Shown: positions 1 through 13,776, counted from the stretch's first letter. The stretch is 64,000 nucleotides of DNA from Zygnema circumcarinatum SAG 698-1b (GCA_037447605.1 CM074814.1:1860001-1924000), one strand, 5' to 3'. Program-made: numbers and translations. The notes: generated from the sequence alone by a model not told the origin.

Positions 1-1438
1 CGCTGCTGGTGGGTGCAGATGGCCTGCGTTCCAACGTTCGTGCCGACGTGGCTGGCCCTCATTGGCCACACGACAATGAGCGCACCATCTGGAGGGCGAT
101 GGTTCCCATCGACCGCTGCGCGCACCCTGTGAGTGCTCCTACCGGCGCCCTCGTTTCTGAGCACCATCCAATACCAGGGCCAGAACCACCACGCAGTGGT
201 GGGAACATGCAGGGTGTGTCCCTCCCCACACAATGTCACAACCCTAATTTTGGCTGCCATGGCAGCTGGTGGAAGGTGGGCACATAGTGGCAGCTGTGGG
301 AGAAGGGCGCACTGCCACCATAGGGGACGCGGGAAGCGAGTGGCTCTATTGGGCATACACGGTAACAGATGCGGTGAGGGGAGAGGGAGTGCCCACACGG
401 TCGAAGGATGGGGAGGAGGCAAAGGAACTTCTGCGGAATTACTTTCAGGGATGGGATCTTGCTCTGCACGTGTTGGAGGTGGGGGACACCCTGTCTTGGC
501 TGGAGGATGAAAGGGATTTTTGAGGTTAAGAAGGGTTAAAGTAAGTGGATACCATTGTTGAGAGGGGTTTCTAGGAGGAGTGAGTGATGCGCTTTTTTGA
601 CAAGCTGGTAATCTAAACAAAAGTTTAGATTGTACATGAAAGTGTGATGCTGCAAGGAAGCATGTCCGGCCGTGCAGGTGACTGAGCCGGATGCCATTCT
701 GGAGAGGCGAGTTCTTAATTTGCCTGTTCTCGATCAATGGGCGTACGGCCGAGTAGCGCTCCTGGGAGGTAAGCTAGCTGTTTTTTTCTCTGTTTTTTTA
801 AGGCTTGAATGATTGTCAGTCCCGCACTATGTTTTTCACGCTGCAATTAATCTGTGTCAGCTTTAAGTGATCACATGCTTCTCCCCGCAGATGCTGCCCA
901 CGCAGTGGTGCCTGTGCTGGGCCAAGGCGCCAACCTCGCCTTTGAAGATGCATGGGAGCTTGCCAATCAACTAGCTTCAGCCCCGGACGCAAGGTATCCA
1001 TTCTGATGGATTCTGCTTGAGAGAGAGCAGAGAGAGAGCTTGTTGAGGAAAGAGCAGGGAGGATAGCCCACCAACAGATGAAGTAATTCCCTGCATGGGA
1101 GGCACCTGGCAGCTATCCTCCAGTCCCGTCGCATTCTGGATAGCCGCCATCCATCGCTGCACTTTCATGCCATGTCTCCCTCCCTCCCTACCTCCCTCCC
1201 TCCCTCTCCCCTCCCTCCCTCCCCCCTCCCTCCCCCCCCTCCTCCCTCTGGCAGGAGCGCGCTGAAAGAGTACGAGGCAGTGCGCATCCCTCGAGCTCGA
1301 GCCATCGCAGCGCAGAGCATGGGAGCGTCTGCCAAAACGTACGCCTCCTCGATTGATGAACAGACAGGGCCGCCCAAGCATGGAGACATGGCGAGGTTTC
1401 AGGACTACATGTACGGCTATGTGGGAGGGCGCCTGTGA
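1..1438 (+). CDS. FAD-dependent monooxygenase (salicylate hydroxylase/zeaxanthin epoxidase-like), 5' truncated; exons approx <1..128, 266..478, 678..768, 891..993, 1255..1438
   Basis: Spliced peptide has LLVGADGLRSNVR (DG motif) and RVALLGDAAHAVVPVLGQGANLAFEDAWELA (GD motif); GT-AG introns keep frame; stop at 1438. Confidence 0.85.
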
Positions 1439-2133
1439 GGGAGGCCGCTTGAGTGAAAGTTGGGTGGGTTATATCGTGTTATGCAATGCAGCTGCTTGTT
1501 TAAGAATTGGGCTTTTTAAGTTGTATTTTTTTTTTAAATGGACATGCGGTAGCGGAGTTGAGCATTGTCCGAGAGAGGTGATGCCTGTGTGCAGCTACAC
1601 GTCCCTTTATGTCCATTTTGCCCTATGCAGCAGCTTGTAGGCGTGGGGAGGTCGAAGGGAGAGAGATAGTTATGACTTAATTACGTTGCATGTGTCCGCC
1701 AATGTTTGTTGATCTGCATTCTAACTTTAAAAACATCTCCTTAAAATCTCAATCTCAATGCTAAAGCAAAATAATTGCAACCAAGCAGACAGAATAAATT
1801 GTGCGTATTCTCAACTGCCGCACACGCAACTAGGAATGCATGCATTGAACAACATCAACATGGAACATTGAACGCTAGAAAGGTTGCAAATCTCTCCTAG
1901 AAAGGTTGGTGGTCCAAGAAGATCTTTGGAGCACGTCACGAGACTCGAACAAGCGACCTCTGCCCCGACCCCCCCTCCATTCAGAACTACAGTACTGTCG
2001 CTCGTCTTCCAACCGGTTTCCGCCACGTGGACTATCTGTCTTATGTGGCGTGTCCCCATTGGTCGACGCCGTTCCGAATGGCCTAGTGTCCTCTTGCCTT
2101 CCCCTTCTCCCTCGCCTGCAGCTGCGGGGCGCC

Positions 2134-5100
2134 ATGGAGGGGGGCCGGCGAAGGGCGCCTGCCGCCATGGCGGGCGTGCAGGGCGTGCTCGGCGCTGCAC
2201 CCGCTCAAAGGCTTGGGCCTGCTGCTGCACCCGCAATACCGAATGCTTGGGGTAAGCCGCCTGGCGCCTCATCTTCTCCCTGGAACTCCGCCGCAGCAGG
2301 TTCAGGGCCACCTCGAGCAGCTCCTGTTGTGCTCCCATCGTGGGAGAGCAGCGTTCCGCCTCGAGCTGACAGCAGCGATGATGATTCGTTCAGTGGAGAC
2401 GAGGACGACGAAGTCGGGTTGCAGGGAGGATCAGAAAAGCGGCGGGCTGGGGTTGAGGAATTGGAAGGTAGCATATTCGGAGGCTATCTACAAGGCAGGG
2501 TACATGAGACAGACGGAAAGGTTTTTGAAGCAGGTTTGGAAAAAATTCGCGACCAGTTGCTTGCGGGACATTCTGGAGCCACAAGATGCTTGATATGCTT
2601 GGAGCGTATCAAAGGCTCGGACCCAGTATGGTCTTGCACCGAGAGTTGCTACTGCATTTTTCACATAGTATGCATACAAGCCTGGGCGCGCCAGTCGGCC
2701 AATGCCGCTGCCGCTCGAGCAGCCAATCAAAATCTTCCCTCTCTGGCTGAGTCAGCAGGCGAAGGCCTTAGCACTAATTCTGCAGGTTTGCACGGTTCAA
2801 GCAGATCAGCAGCTCAGCTGGCAGCTCAGGCTGCTCTGGAAGCAAGCTGGCACTGCCCTAAGTGCAGACATGAGTATTCCCCGGGGGACGTCCCGAAGGT
2901 ATACCGTTGCTTTTGTGGAAAGCAGCGCGACCCGGAATTCAACCCTTGGCTGGCTCCTCACAGCTGCGGAGAAACTTGTGAGAAGAAACTTTCCGAAGGC
3001 TGCGGCCACAAGTGCACTTTGCTCTGTCATCCCGGTCCTTGCCCTCCCTGCCCTCAGCTCATACGTTCCTCTTGTTACTGTGGGAAGAAAAAGGACCTCA
3101 AGCGCTGCGGGCACCGGGAATTTTCGTGTGCTAAGCAATGTCACGGCCAGCTGGCCTGTGGGGTTCACAACTGCGAAGCTATCTGCCATCCAGGAGAATG
3201 CCCTCCATGCCCTAAAAAGAGTGAGTATAGGTGCCGTTGCGGGCAAATTAGTGAAATTAGGAGTTGTGCTGAACGTGACTTCGGCTGCGGACGACAGTGC
3301 GACGCAGAGTATCCCTGTGGCAGGCACCAGTGCGAAAAGATTTGCCATGAGGGGCCCTGTGGTGAGTGTCCTTTATCCGGAAAGAGAAGTTGCCCCTGTG
3401 GAAAGTCCGTGTACAGTGATCTCTCCTGTGACAAGCCGTCACCAACTTGTGGCCGAACTTGCGATAAGCCTTTGGCATGCGGCCGCCATAGATGTCCTGA
3501 ACGCTGCCATACAGGCCCCTGTGCCGACACGTGTCGGCTGGTGATTGCAAAACGCTGTCGGTGTGGAGGACTGTTGAAAGAGGCAAGTTATCGACTCACA
3601 TTTCACCGTTTGTAGTCCGTAAGCAACTTATGGAAGTACGCAGGCAGGAGAATAAGTGTGAAAAGAATATGTTTTGCCATGTAAAGTGCGGACTTTTGTA
3701 GTGTGCTCAAACAGTCATCCGACAGAACAGCCAGTCAAGGCCTTGCCTCGCGCGAACAAGGCGCCTCGTGTCACAGCAAAATCAGCAATCAGCAGACATC
3801 TTTTGTCTCATGCGTATAGTTATAGAGCAGATTACATAAGCTCTCTCTCTAAGGAAGTTAGGCCAAGCCTTGCACAGTTGTTTTGAGGGTTCCATTCCGT
3901 TCGTCTGTAGGGTTTTGTCACTCCATGGCGTCGCACATGTAGTTGACGAAAAAACATAAGATGATCAGATTCGTTGACGGGCTTGGCTTAAAGCAGGTTC
4001 CTTGCAGCCAAGAGCTTCACTGCGAGCGTCGTTGCCAACGATCACGAAACTGTGGGCGGCACATATGCAAACGGCGATGCTGTGATGGGGCGTGTCCTCC
4101 ATGTGCAGAGGTTCTGCCAACATAGACTGCTCCCTATTTGACATCTGTACCACATACATGTGCAAGGCTGCTTGTTTTAATGTTCTAATCGTAACTTTTT
4201 TGTTGGCATTTGACACCTCCTGGGCAGTTCCTTTAGTTTGCTTCATGTGCACACCTTGAGATTATACGATGGTGCTTATTCTGAGAAATGATGTGGATGC
4301 TAACTGGCTCAGGTGTGTGGAAAAAAGCTCCGCTGTGGCAATCATAAATGCCCAGCTCCTTGCCACAGGTGAAGTATTCAGCAGCATATTATACCCAGCA
4401 TAGTTTATTCTGATGTCGCATGGGACCACTAAAATTGTGACCTCCGAAAGTTAGAGCATTCAATCAAGTTACCGTTGTGCTGCTAAAAGCGTGCTTGCTG
4501 CATCCAATGCGCCTGCCTGAACAGTTGTTGGGATTCGTGGGGCTCTGTACAGTGGCCCATGTGCACCTTGCCCCCTCACTGTGCGCATCTCCTGTGCTTG
4601 CGGGAGCACTGCTTTCACTGTGAGTGCAAAAATAATCAAACTGATGAGATGGGATGGAAAGGATAGGTTGCTTCCGGGAAGGAAAGAGACACAGGCCCCT
4701 TTCCGTATGTGGTTGTTGTCTAATGTCGTTTTGTCTGCCACTTATTTTGAGAGTTAACTTCTGCAGCAGTTAGCTAGCTTTGCTCTGATGAACTGTGCAG
4801 GGTGTCAAGGGTGTGTCAGGTTCCATGCGGAGCAGAGAGAGGGCAAAAACCACCAAAATGCTCCAAGCGCTGCACGATTACACAACTGTGCTGTCATGGT
4901 AGCAGCTGCAAGGCAAGTGTATACAGCAATCTCCTATGATTATAAGATAGGCCGGACTTAATGACAATCAAATTGTCAATACAGCTCGCTCAAAACAGAA
5001 ACAGCTCTCTCGAATTAGTATCTCTCGGAGTTGTTTCAACCAAGCATACCAGTAATATGGTCTGATACATGTAGAAGGGCGGTCTCATAGGCTGCTAAAT

Positions 5101-8100
5101 GCATTCTGCTTGTTGTTTACTGTCGGCAATCGTGGGCAGAAAAATGGTGAACAAACAACTGACAGGAAGGGGCATTCCGCTCGCAGTATTAATGCAAGCT
5201 GTCCCCTCTCACTCATGACAGAAAGTAGTTGCTCAGAATTTTGTTCTCGCTGAGGAGTCCCAGGAATGTTCATCCGAGCAAGATATAGTATGAAGGCGAC
5301 TCCTTCAGTGAAGATAATGCTATTTTGAAGAAGTCCGTCTGCTGTCACAGGCTTCCTTATTTCATTAGAGGTGGGGTTTTTAATGGCAGCCGCACAGATG
5401 TCACTATGGCGCTTGTCCTCCTTGCGACCTTACATGCAATGAAGAGCTCCCATGTGGCCATCGCTGTCCTCTCATGTAAGGCCTCCAGCTCGGTGCTGCT
5501 TTACCAATTTGGAGGGGTCAACCTCAATGCAGCATCTCCCTAACTGCTCCTGCAGTCTCATGTTGGCCACAGCCAAACTTACGAAACTTGCAAGCTGAAG
5601 TATAAATTGTGTCATGCTCATCAGGCTGTAGGACTTCCTGCAATCACGCGCCTAGTTATTTCTGTATACTCCATCCCAAATTCGTTTTGCTGAGTTGCAG
5701 TTTCCTGCTACCTGTCCAGATGTCACGGGCCAAAGCCTCCCCCCAATCCTGAATATACTTTGCGTCCCCAAAAGAAGCGCCAAAAATGGCCGGCTGGGGA
5801 GACTGGGGTGATGGAGGGGAGACCCTGCCCCCCCTGCGTGATACCTGTTGTACGACCATGTCGAGGTCGCCACCTTAGCAGTGAACGCACGGTGTGTAGA
5901 ATCGCTCTCCCTCTCTCTCTCTCTCTCTCCTCTCTCTCTCGCTGTCTCTCGTGGTTTCTCTCTCAATTTCTGTTTCTTTATTGGATTCCTCCAGTGAAAA
6001 AGGCCATGCGGAGAGGAGTAAACTGTACTGTTTGGGCCGCTGCAGATGCCTTGCAGTGCAAATCCCATATTCAGCTGCGGCTTACCATGTGGCAATCCTT
6101 TGGCCTGTGGAAACCATCGATGCAATCGTCCCTGCCATGATACAACAGGAGGCAAGGTGTATGAGAAGCACACGTTTCAGGATTTTGTGGACCCTTATAT
6201 ACAGACTGAAGCTGAGAATGGAGAGGGCGTCTCGGAAGAGGTGTATAATACGTGTCTACAATGCGAGCTAAGCTGCAAACGAGTGAGTATACTTGGCATG
6301 CTGCCACATATGAGCGTGTTTGGCCTCCAAAGCAGGACAAGCACTACAGCTTGCCGGTGGGATCTTAGAAACCACACCTGCTACCCTTTCTTGGACTTAA
6401 CAAATCGCAAGATTCTGTCATTCTCGTCTTAGATAGACCACCTGCTCACCATTAGCATTAGGTGGGTGCATATTTTTGTGCAGCCAAGAGAGCCCGCATG
6501 CCCACACCCCTGTGTGGCTCCTTGCCACGTGGCGCCATGCTCACCTTGCATGACTTTGGTGAAGAGAAGCTGTCACTGCGGAGCAATGGCGCATGTTCTC
6601 GAGTGCACCCTCTTGGGGAAGGCGCAGGGGGCTGATCGCGACCGCCTTCTGTCATGCAATGGGCCGTGCCACAGGTAGGAACTGCTGCACTCAGACTGCA
6701 CTTCGCACACCTCTGCTGGTTTGCTACCTACATTGTGCTACATTGCTGCCATTGCCGCCACTTTACATATTGTTGCAACTGTTTTTTCTCTTGCTGATGA
6801 GGAAAGAGATACAGAATTTACTTAATATTAGCAACATATACAGGTTCCCTTCAAACTAGCTTGCCCATGTTCTTTACACAAAACGATTGATTTCCTTAGT
6901 TTCACTTTCGTCATTCGCATGAATCTGCTGTATTATCATCTGCAATTACTACCAGAGACACATGCCACATTTGATCCTTCATTGTATTTCACTAATGCAA
7001 TCATTAACGGAGTGAGTGGGGAGTGATCCTTCATTATGGTTGGTGTGTATATTGACGATAGAGGCTGGAAATTGATGTCTCTACTCCTCCATGCATTTGC
7101 AGGAAATTGCAATTTTGTACACATCTGTGTCCTCAAATCTGTCATCCTGGGCCATGCCCCGACCCTGCCAAGTGCCGAAAGAAGGTAAAGCGACACACTT
7201 TCTTAAGCTTCTTGAGTTGGCCTCACCCTGTCAGTTGTGAAGGCTATACTGATGCCTCTTGCACCATAAACAGTTGTTTTAGGTGACGGTATTTCAATGA
7301 GGTACATATCTCGATGATGACAATGATGTCTTCATGTTTCTTGGTAAGCGATAGGAGAAAATGATTTGAACCTGTGGGAGCAGCTACCACACAGCCCTTA
7401 GACAGTGGGTGAACTATGAGGTGGGTCACAGGTTACTGTACGGTGCAACTGCCAGCGGCTAAAGAAAGAATGGCCGTGCTTACAAGTTCAGGCGGCAGAA
7501 AAAGAGAGAGGAAGGCAAGGCCCAAGCAGAGGGGGGGCAGGTGGGGGCCTCCTGCCCTGTGACGAGGAGTGCGCTCGGCTGGAGAGAGAGAGGAGGGAGG
7601 CGGAAGAGCTGAGAGCGAACTCCCCTACAGAAGCAAAGCAGGAGGTAGGACGTTCATTGGAAATTTGGCTGATGTTTGTAGAAGTGATCGCGGAGCAGTC
7701 TTTTGTAAAGTCAGATGATTATGCAGAAGTTTGGAGTTAACTTTTTGGGAAAAAAGCTGTGACCATGCACTTTCTATTTATGGGCTTCGTGAGGCCCTAT
7801 CGGTAGGATGATAATCGCAGAGTAGGCGCGCGTGTGCGCATGGGACTGTCGTTTATCTTTAGAGAACTCGTTTGGGTCTATGCTGAACCAGTGGGTAATG
7901 ATGGTGAGGCAGATTGTAGAAGCTGCCACAGGCTTGAGGAGAAGAAAGAAACGCACTTTCACTCATGCAGAGGAACAACGGCAGCCATGGCTGAAGGTTA
8001 GCACCGTAAATCGACTTAAGAGTAATGAGACCTCTAAAGCTGGCTGAAAGCACATATAAGGCCTGTTCTTATGTACCCACACTCCTCCCTCATGCCTGAC

Positions 8101-8391
8101 CCTGCCGCTCCTTTGCTCCAATCATTTGTGCCCCCTTTCAATGGGTGTGTATTGATATTTTTCACCCTGAACGACATGTGTTTGCTGACTAACGAGAGGG
8201 TGGGAATGGGAGTGGCGGATGTGCAGAGAGTGCCACCCCATTGGCTGCGTTTGGTAGCAGTGGTGCTCGTAGGGCTTCTTCTGGTCATTGTGTTTTTGGG
8301 AACGTCAGCGGCTCTCAGCCGCCTCTCCCATTGGATGAATGTCCGCGACGCTCGTCGATCAAAAGGCCGACCACGCACTCGCCACTTTTGA
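2134..8391 (+). CDS. NFXL2: NF-X1-type zinc finger protein with N-terminal RING/PHD-like domain and C-terminal transmembrane helix (NFXL2-like), multi-exon
   Basis: [17 protein letters not shown]...HIVCIQAW...WHCPKCR followed by many CGxHxCxxxCHxGxCPPC repeats over several exons; last exon [17 protein letters not shown] then stop at 8391. Confidence 0.9.
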
Positions 8392-9587
8392 CATCCAAAT
8401 AACTCTCCGGAGGCACTGCAGTTTCGTTTATAATGAAGCATACAGTTTCCTTGCGTTGCCTCTATGGATAGAGGTCTTCACCACGAGAGATCGCGGTAGT
8501 TTTGAAACTAATTTGAAAGTTTGTACGATGAAATGCTTTTTTCCTATCAAATTCAACTTCTGTTTTCAGTTTATGCTGCTGCTGCCCTTGGTAAGGGTCT
8601 CATTCAAGGCCGAAATCCTGCATGTCAGCGTCAGCCTCGTTCGGCAACAGGGATGCACAGGCAAAACTCTAGTATCGTAAACTGGCAGTGCCTCCTCTAT
8701 CTCTCCCCTCCCGCTCTCCCTATTCCTCTCCCGCCCTCTGCTCCACCTCCACCTTCGGGTTTTTTGGGTTTTTCTCCATTTCCCTCTCTTTTCTCCTCTC
8801 TCCCCTTTTGAGGCCACGTGTCCAACTTTATTTTGTCTACACGAGCAGAAGAAGCCATGCGTAGTGTTCCACTGTCAAAAAAGACTTCTGCACCTTCAGA
8901 TCGTGGCTTAACGCAAACACCTAGCCTCCTCCCATGTCATGCCCTCCCCAGATTGGACACGCAACGGTGACAACCCGCAGGAGTCGCTCAGCATGCAAAA
9001 TCTGAAACCAAATCGTTTGCAGCCATACTGGAGCTTGTCGACCCACCATTGTCAAGGCCGCAGCATTTCACATTCAGGTCAGGCACATCCGGGGATTACA
9101 TATCTGTGTCATGGACAACTATTTATTTTCATTATTTTGAAAGAAAAAACAACACGAGCTCCGTGCTCCCAGGAGCGGTGCACGCCAATGGGTAGCCTTT
9201 GAACAAATTCCCATCTTCACCACTGGTTTCGGCAGCCGAGGCGGCATTCTGACCAGCACATCTTCCTCGTCGTGCTATTCTGATGAACTCACCAAATAGT
9301 ACATGGAACCCCTAAGCGGCCATCGACCTTCAGAGCACGCAACTGTTCAGCCTGACGACTACAACGACACTATATTACAAAATTTTGAATGCAGGGCTGG
9401 AGTTTGAACATTTAAACTAGAAAAAATCAATAATTTATTCCTAACATGCTCGAGAATTATCGCAGCGTTGCGCATTGTCTGCCGAAGAGGGCAGCTCGCT
9501 CGAACGTTTACCGGGCAATCACATAGCGGGGCCTTGGGCTTTGGGGCTTCGGGGCGTTGGGCGTGGGGGGGGGGGGGCGGCGGGCGG

Positions 9588-11226
9588 CTACTCGGCGGCG
9601 GCTCGCAGCGCGCGGCCCTCGAAGGCGGAGTAGCGGCAGTCGGGCTGCAGCACGTCCGAGGAGACGTAGTCCGCCGGCGCCGCGCCGTCCAGGAAGCCGC
9701 GCCACCGCCCGCCCCCGTCCGCCACGATCGGCCGCTTCAGCGCCGCGCTCAGCCGCTCGAACTTCGCGTTGCGCTCCTCGCGGCCCTCGCGGTACGTCTG
9801 CCCGAGCACGCCATGGATGGCAGCCGTCGTCTGCGCCGCCCAGCCAGGCCCCCCCGCAGCCGCTCAGAACAACCCGCAGGCGGAGCTGGAGCTCTAACGA
9901 GAGCAGGCAGAAGAAAACGAGAGAGAGAGAGAGAGCAGGCAGGCGGGCAAGCGGGCGTTACCTGAATCCAGTTGATGGCGACGCTGATGTGCACTTGCGC
10001 GTCTTCGGGCCGCTGCAGGAGAGGGTGCGCGGGGCGGAGCTCGAGGGCGAGGTCGAGGAGGCCGTCGATGCGCACGGTGTAGCAGTCCACCTCCATGGAG
10101 CCCCTCTTCTTGATGGCGGCGAAGCGGATGGCGAGGCCGCCCGGCAGCGCGGCCTCCTCGCCCACGCGCAGGCGCGGCAGCGTGTTGCCGTCCGCCTCCG
10201 CCAGCGCGAGGAAGCCCTCCGCCCCGCGCGCCGCGCCCGGGCCCGCACGTGCCGCGAGGAGCAGCGAGTGGCGGGCCCCCCCCGCCTCCGTCCAGAGGAG
10301 CCCGAGCTCGCGGATCCACGTGCGCACCTGCCCCTGCTGCTGCACCTTCCCGCCCTCTGCCTCTCCCTCTCCCTCTCCCTCCTCTCGGACCGCGTCCGCG
10401 CGCGTGTCCAGGTAGCCCGTCATCTTCATGTTGACGTGCAGCCGCCGGTCGCTGAGCAGGCAGAAGCTGCGCCCCGGCTGCCCGCCGAAGTCGTAGTGCG
10501 TGCCCTGCGCGCCCTGGAAGTGCGGGTCGTCGCGCGCGAACGGCGGGCACTTCGCGCCCACGCGCGTCTCGTACTGCGCGCCGCACACCGGCCCGCTGCT
10601 GCCGGCGGGGTACATGTAGCAGATGTTCAGCCGCCGCCTGCACCCAGACCCGCCTCCCGCAGTCAGGGAAGCCGCGTCGCGGACCGGGAGGGGAAGGGGG
10701 AGGGAGAGGGAGAGAGCGAGAGGGAGAGAGAGCGCGGGGGCGGGGGTGGGGAGTACTCACGTCTGGATGGACTGCCAGAGGGCGCAGTTCTTGGCCTTCT
10801 TGCAGGCCCGGCAGCACTCGAAGGATGTGTTCGTGGGCTTCACCCTCACTTGCAGCCCGCCCACCATCACAACGCCGTCGAAAGGGCAGTCTTTGTCGAA
10901 CGCGCATAGCGGCGGCAGCTTCGGCACCTGCGCACGCACTCTCCGGGGCGTAAGCGAGAGAGACAGAGAGAATGAGCGAGGAGACGCGGTCTCCGAGGTG
11001 GGACGCTAACCGGGCTCCGACTTGCGACTTAGCCCTCCGCTGCTTTGAACCGCCCGAGTGCCAAGCGAGGCGAGGCTCTCACCGAGAAGTTCCCAACGAT
11101 GCCTCCCGACAGGCACGAGACGCAGCCATTGGGCGACGAGTAGTCGGGACAAGTGGGGGCTGCCGACTGCGCGCTGGCGGCCACAGCCAGCGCCAGCAAC
11201 AGCAAGGCCAAGCGCAGGACCGACAT
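9588..11226 (-). CDS. Secreted Cys-rich PAN/apple-like + root-cap/VWD-like protein, copy A; complement(join(9588..9830,9962..10637,10761..10927,11083..11226)), 409 aa
   Basis: Reverse complement of copy B; signal peptide MSVLRLALLLLALAVAASA, DDPHFQGAQGTHYDFGGQPGRSFCLLSD, IHGVLGQTYR. Confidence 0.85.
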
Positions 11227-11227
11227 G

Positions 11228-12136
11228 ACTGCGAGCACAGGAGACAAGGTCGAAAGTAGAAGGGAAATAACACAGAGTGTGAAAGAGAATACGAGCGAGA
11301 GTAAGAGAGGAAGAGGGAGGGGAGCGAGGGAGAGAGGGGCGAGAGACAGAGTTCTGGAGAGCGGCGACTGGCGAGCAAGTGCTCCCGCTGCCCCCTTGTA
11401 GCGAGCGCGCCGCCCCGCCCCTTGGAGCCCGCCTGGCAGGTGCCGCGCCAGGAGCGGTTCGCGCGGCCAGGGGCGCCGTACGAACATAACGTACGGACCG
11501 ATATACCGTACGGAATGCGCTGACGAAAGGTGCAGAAAGCAGTGGATTTTGGGCCACGCTGGATCCTGTCACCCGCCAGGCAACGAACCCGCGCGTGCCA
11601 CGTGGCGTTTGTAAGAACGACATTGACTTTTGATATGACATTGTTGACGATCATTGACGATTCTGTGCGTGAATATCTCATCGACAGTTGAACGGCGCAG
11701 AACGGTGTGGTTGTAAACATAGAACTCGCTTGGTTAGTGTACGGACAACCCAGTTCAGAGGTCGCGCCAGGCGCTCTGCTGTACAAATTCAAATCTCGAG
11801 ACTGCCTCGTCCGTATGGCAAGGCGTACGGCCAATGTCGGCAATGCTCGACAGCCTGGAAAAACCCTGCGCCGCCTCTGTGCGAATACTTGCATGCCACG
11901 TGGTGCCCTCACGCCGCTACGCGAATACCTGCGCGCCACGTGGCGGCCCGGCTCTGCCGCTATGTACATATGGCCGGGGGCAGCGGATGGAAGGGCAGCA
12001 GGCGCCACCCTCTCTCCCGCAGCCCCACTCGCCCGCCCTCTCTCTCGCCCTGCGCTCCCTCCCCTCTACCTCTCTGTGCTCTTCTGCCGCTCTGCCAACT
12101 CTCTCCTCGCCTCACTCGCCTCCCTCCAGCACAAGC
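11228..12136. promoter_or_regulatory. Bidirectional promoter with three G-box/ABRE-like GCCACGTGG elements (11597, 11895, 11935) and a CCGTAC/GTACGG cluster (about 11476-11512)
   Basis: Lies between two divergent ATGs; motifs read directly; CT-rich leaders on both sides. Confidence 0.6.
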
Positions 12137-12137
12137 C

Positions 12138-13776
12138 ATGTCGGTCCTGCGCTTGGCCTTGCTGTTGCTGGCGCTGGCTGTGGCCGCCAGCGCGCAGTCG
12201 GCAGCCCCCACTTGTCCCGACTACTCGTCGCCCAATGGCTGCGTCTCGTGCCTGTCGGGAGGCATCGTTGGGAACTTCTCGGTGAGAGCCTCGCCTCGCT
12301 TGGCACTCGGGCGGTTCAAAGCAGCGGAGGGCTAAGTCGCAAGTCGGAGCCCGGTTAGCGTCCCACCTCGGAGACCGCGTCTCCTCGCTCATTCTCTCTG
12401 TCTCTCTCGCTTACGCCCCGGAGAGTGCGTGCGCAGGTGCCGAAGCTGCCGCCGCTATGCGCGTTCGACAAAGACTGCCCTTTCGACGGCGTTGTGATGG
12501 TGGGCGGGCTGCAAGTGAGGGTGAAGCCCACGAACACATCCTTCGAGTGCTGCCGGGCCTGCAAGAAGGCCAAGAACTGCGCCCTCTGGCAGTCCATCCA
12601 GACGTGAGTACTCCCCACCCCCGCCCCCGCGCTCTCTCTCCCTCTCGCTCTCTCCCTCTCCCTCCCCCTTCCCCTCCCGGTCCGCGACGCGGCTTCCCTG
12701 ACTGCGGGAGGCGGGTCTGGGTGCAGGCGGCGGCTGAACATCTGCTACATGTACCCCGCCGGCAGCAGCGGGCCGGTGTGCGGCGCGCAGTACGAGACGC
12801 GCGTGGGCGCGAAGTGCCCGCCGTTCGCGCGCGACGACCCGCACTTCCAGGGCGCGCAGGGCACGCACTACGACTTCGGCGGGCAGCCGGGGCGCAGCTT
12901 CTGCCTGCTCAGCGACCGGCGGCTGCACGTCAACATGAAGATGACGGGCTACCTGGACACGCGCGCGGACGCGGTCCGAGAGGAGGGAGAGGGAGAGGGA
13001 GAGGCAGAGGGCGGGAAGGTGCAGCAGCAGGGGCAGGTGCGCACGTGGATCCGCGAGCTCGGGCTCCTCTGGACGGAGGCGGGGGGGGCCCGCCACTCGC
13101 TGCTCCTCGCGGCACGTGCGGGCCCGGGCGCGGCGCGCGGGGCGGAGGGCTTCCTCGCGCTGGCGGAGGCGGACGGCAACACGCTGCCGCGCCTGCGCGT
13201 GGGCGAGGAGGCCGCGCTGCCGGGCGGCCTCGCCATCCGCTTCGCCGCCATCAAGAAGAGGGGCTCCATGGAGGTGGACTGCTACACCGTGCGCATCGAC
13301 GGCCTCCTCGACCTCGCCCTCGAGCTCCGCCCCGCGCACCCTCTCCTGCAGCGGCCCGAAGACGCGCAAGTGCACATCAGCGTCGCCATCAACTGGATTC
13401 AGGTAACGCCCGCTTGCCCGCCTGCCTGCTCTCTCTCTCTCTCTCGTTTTCTTCTGCCTGCTCTCGTTAGAGCTCCAGCTCCGCCTGCGGGTTGTTCTGA
13501 GCGGCTGCGGGGGGGCCTGGCTGGGCGGCGCAGACGACGGCTGCCATCCATGGCGTGCTCGGGCAGACGTACCGCGAGGGCCGCGAGGAGCGCAACGCGA
13601 AGTTCGAGCGGCTGAGCGCGGCGCTGAAGCGGCCGATCGTGGCGGACGGGGGCGGGCGGTGGCGCGGCTTCCTGGACGGCGCGGCGCCGGCGGACTACGT
13701 CTCCTCGGACGTGCTGCAGCCCGACTGCCGCTACTCCGCCTTCGAGGGCCGCGCGCTGCGAGCCGCCGCCGAGTAG
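12138..13776 (+). CDS. Secreted Cys-rich PAN/apple-like + root-cap/VWD-like protein, copy B; join(12138..12281,12437..12603,12727..13402,13534..13776), 409 aa
   Basis: Four exons sum to 1230 nt with GT-AG introns in compatible phase; CCRACKKAKNCALWQ...CY Cys pattern; DPHF and HGVLGQTY motifs of root-cap/LEA-related VWD-like proteins. Confidence 0.85.
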
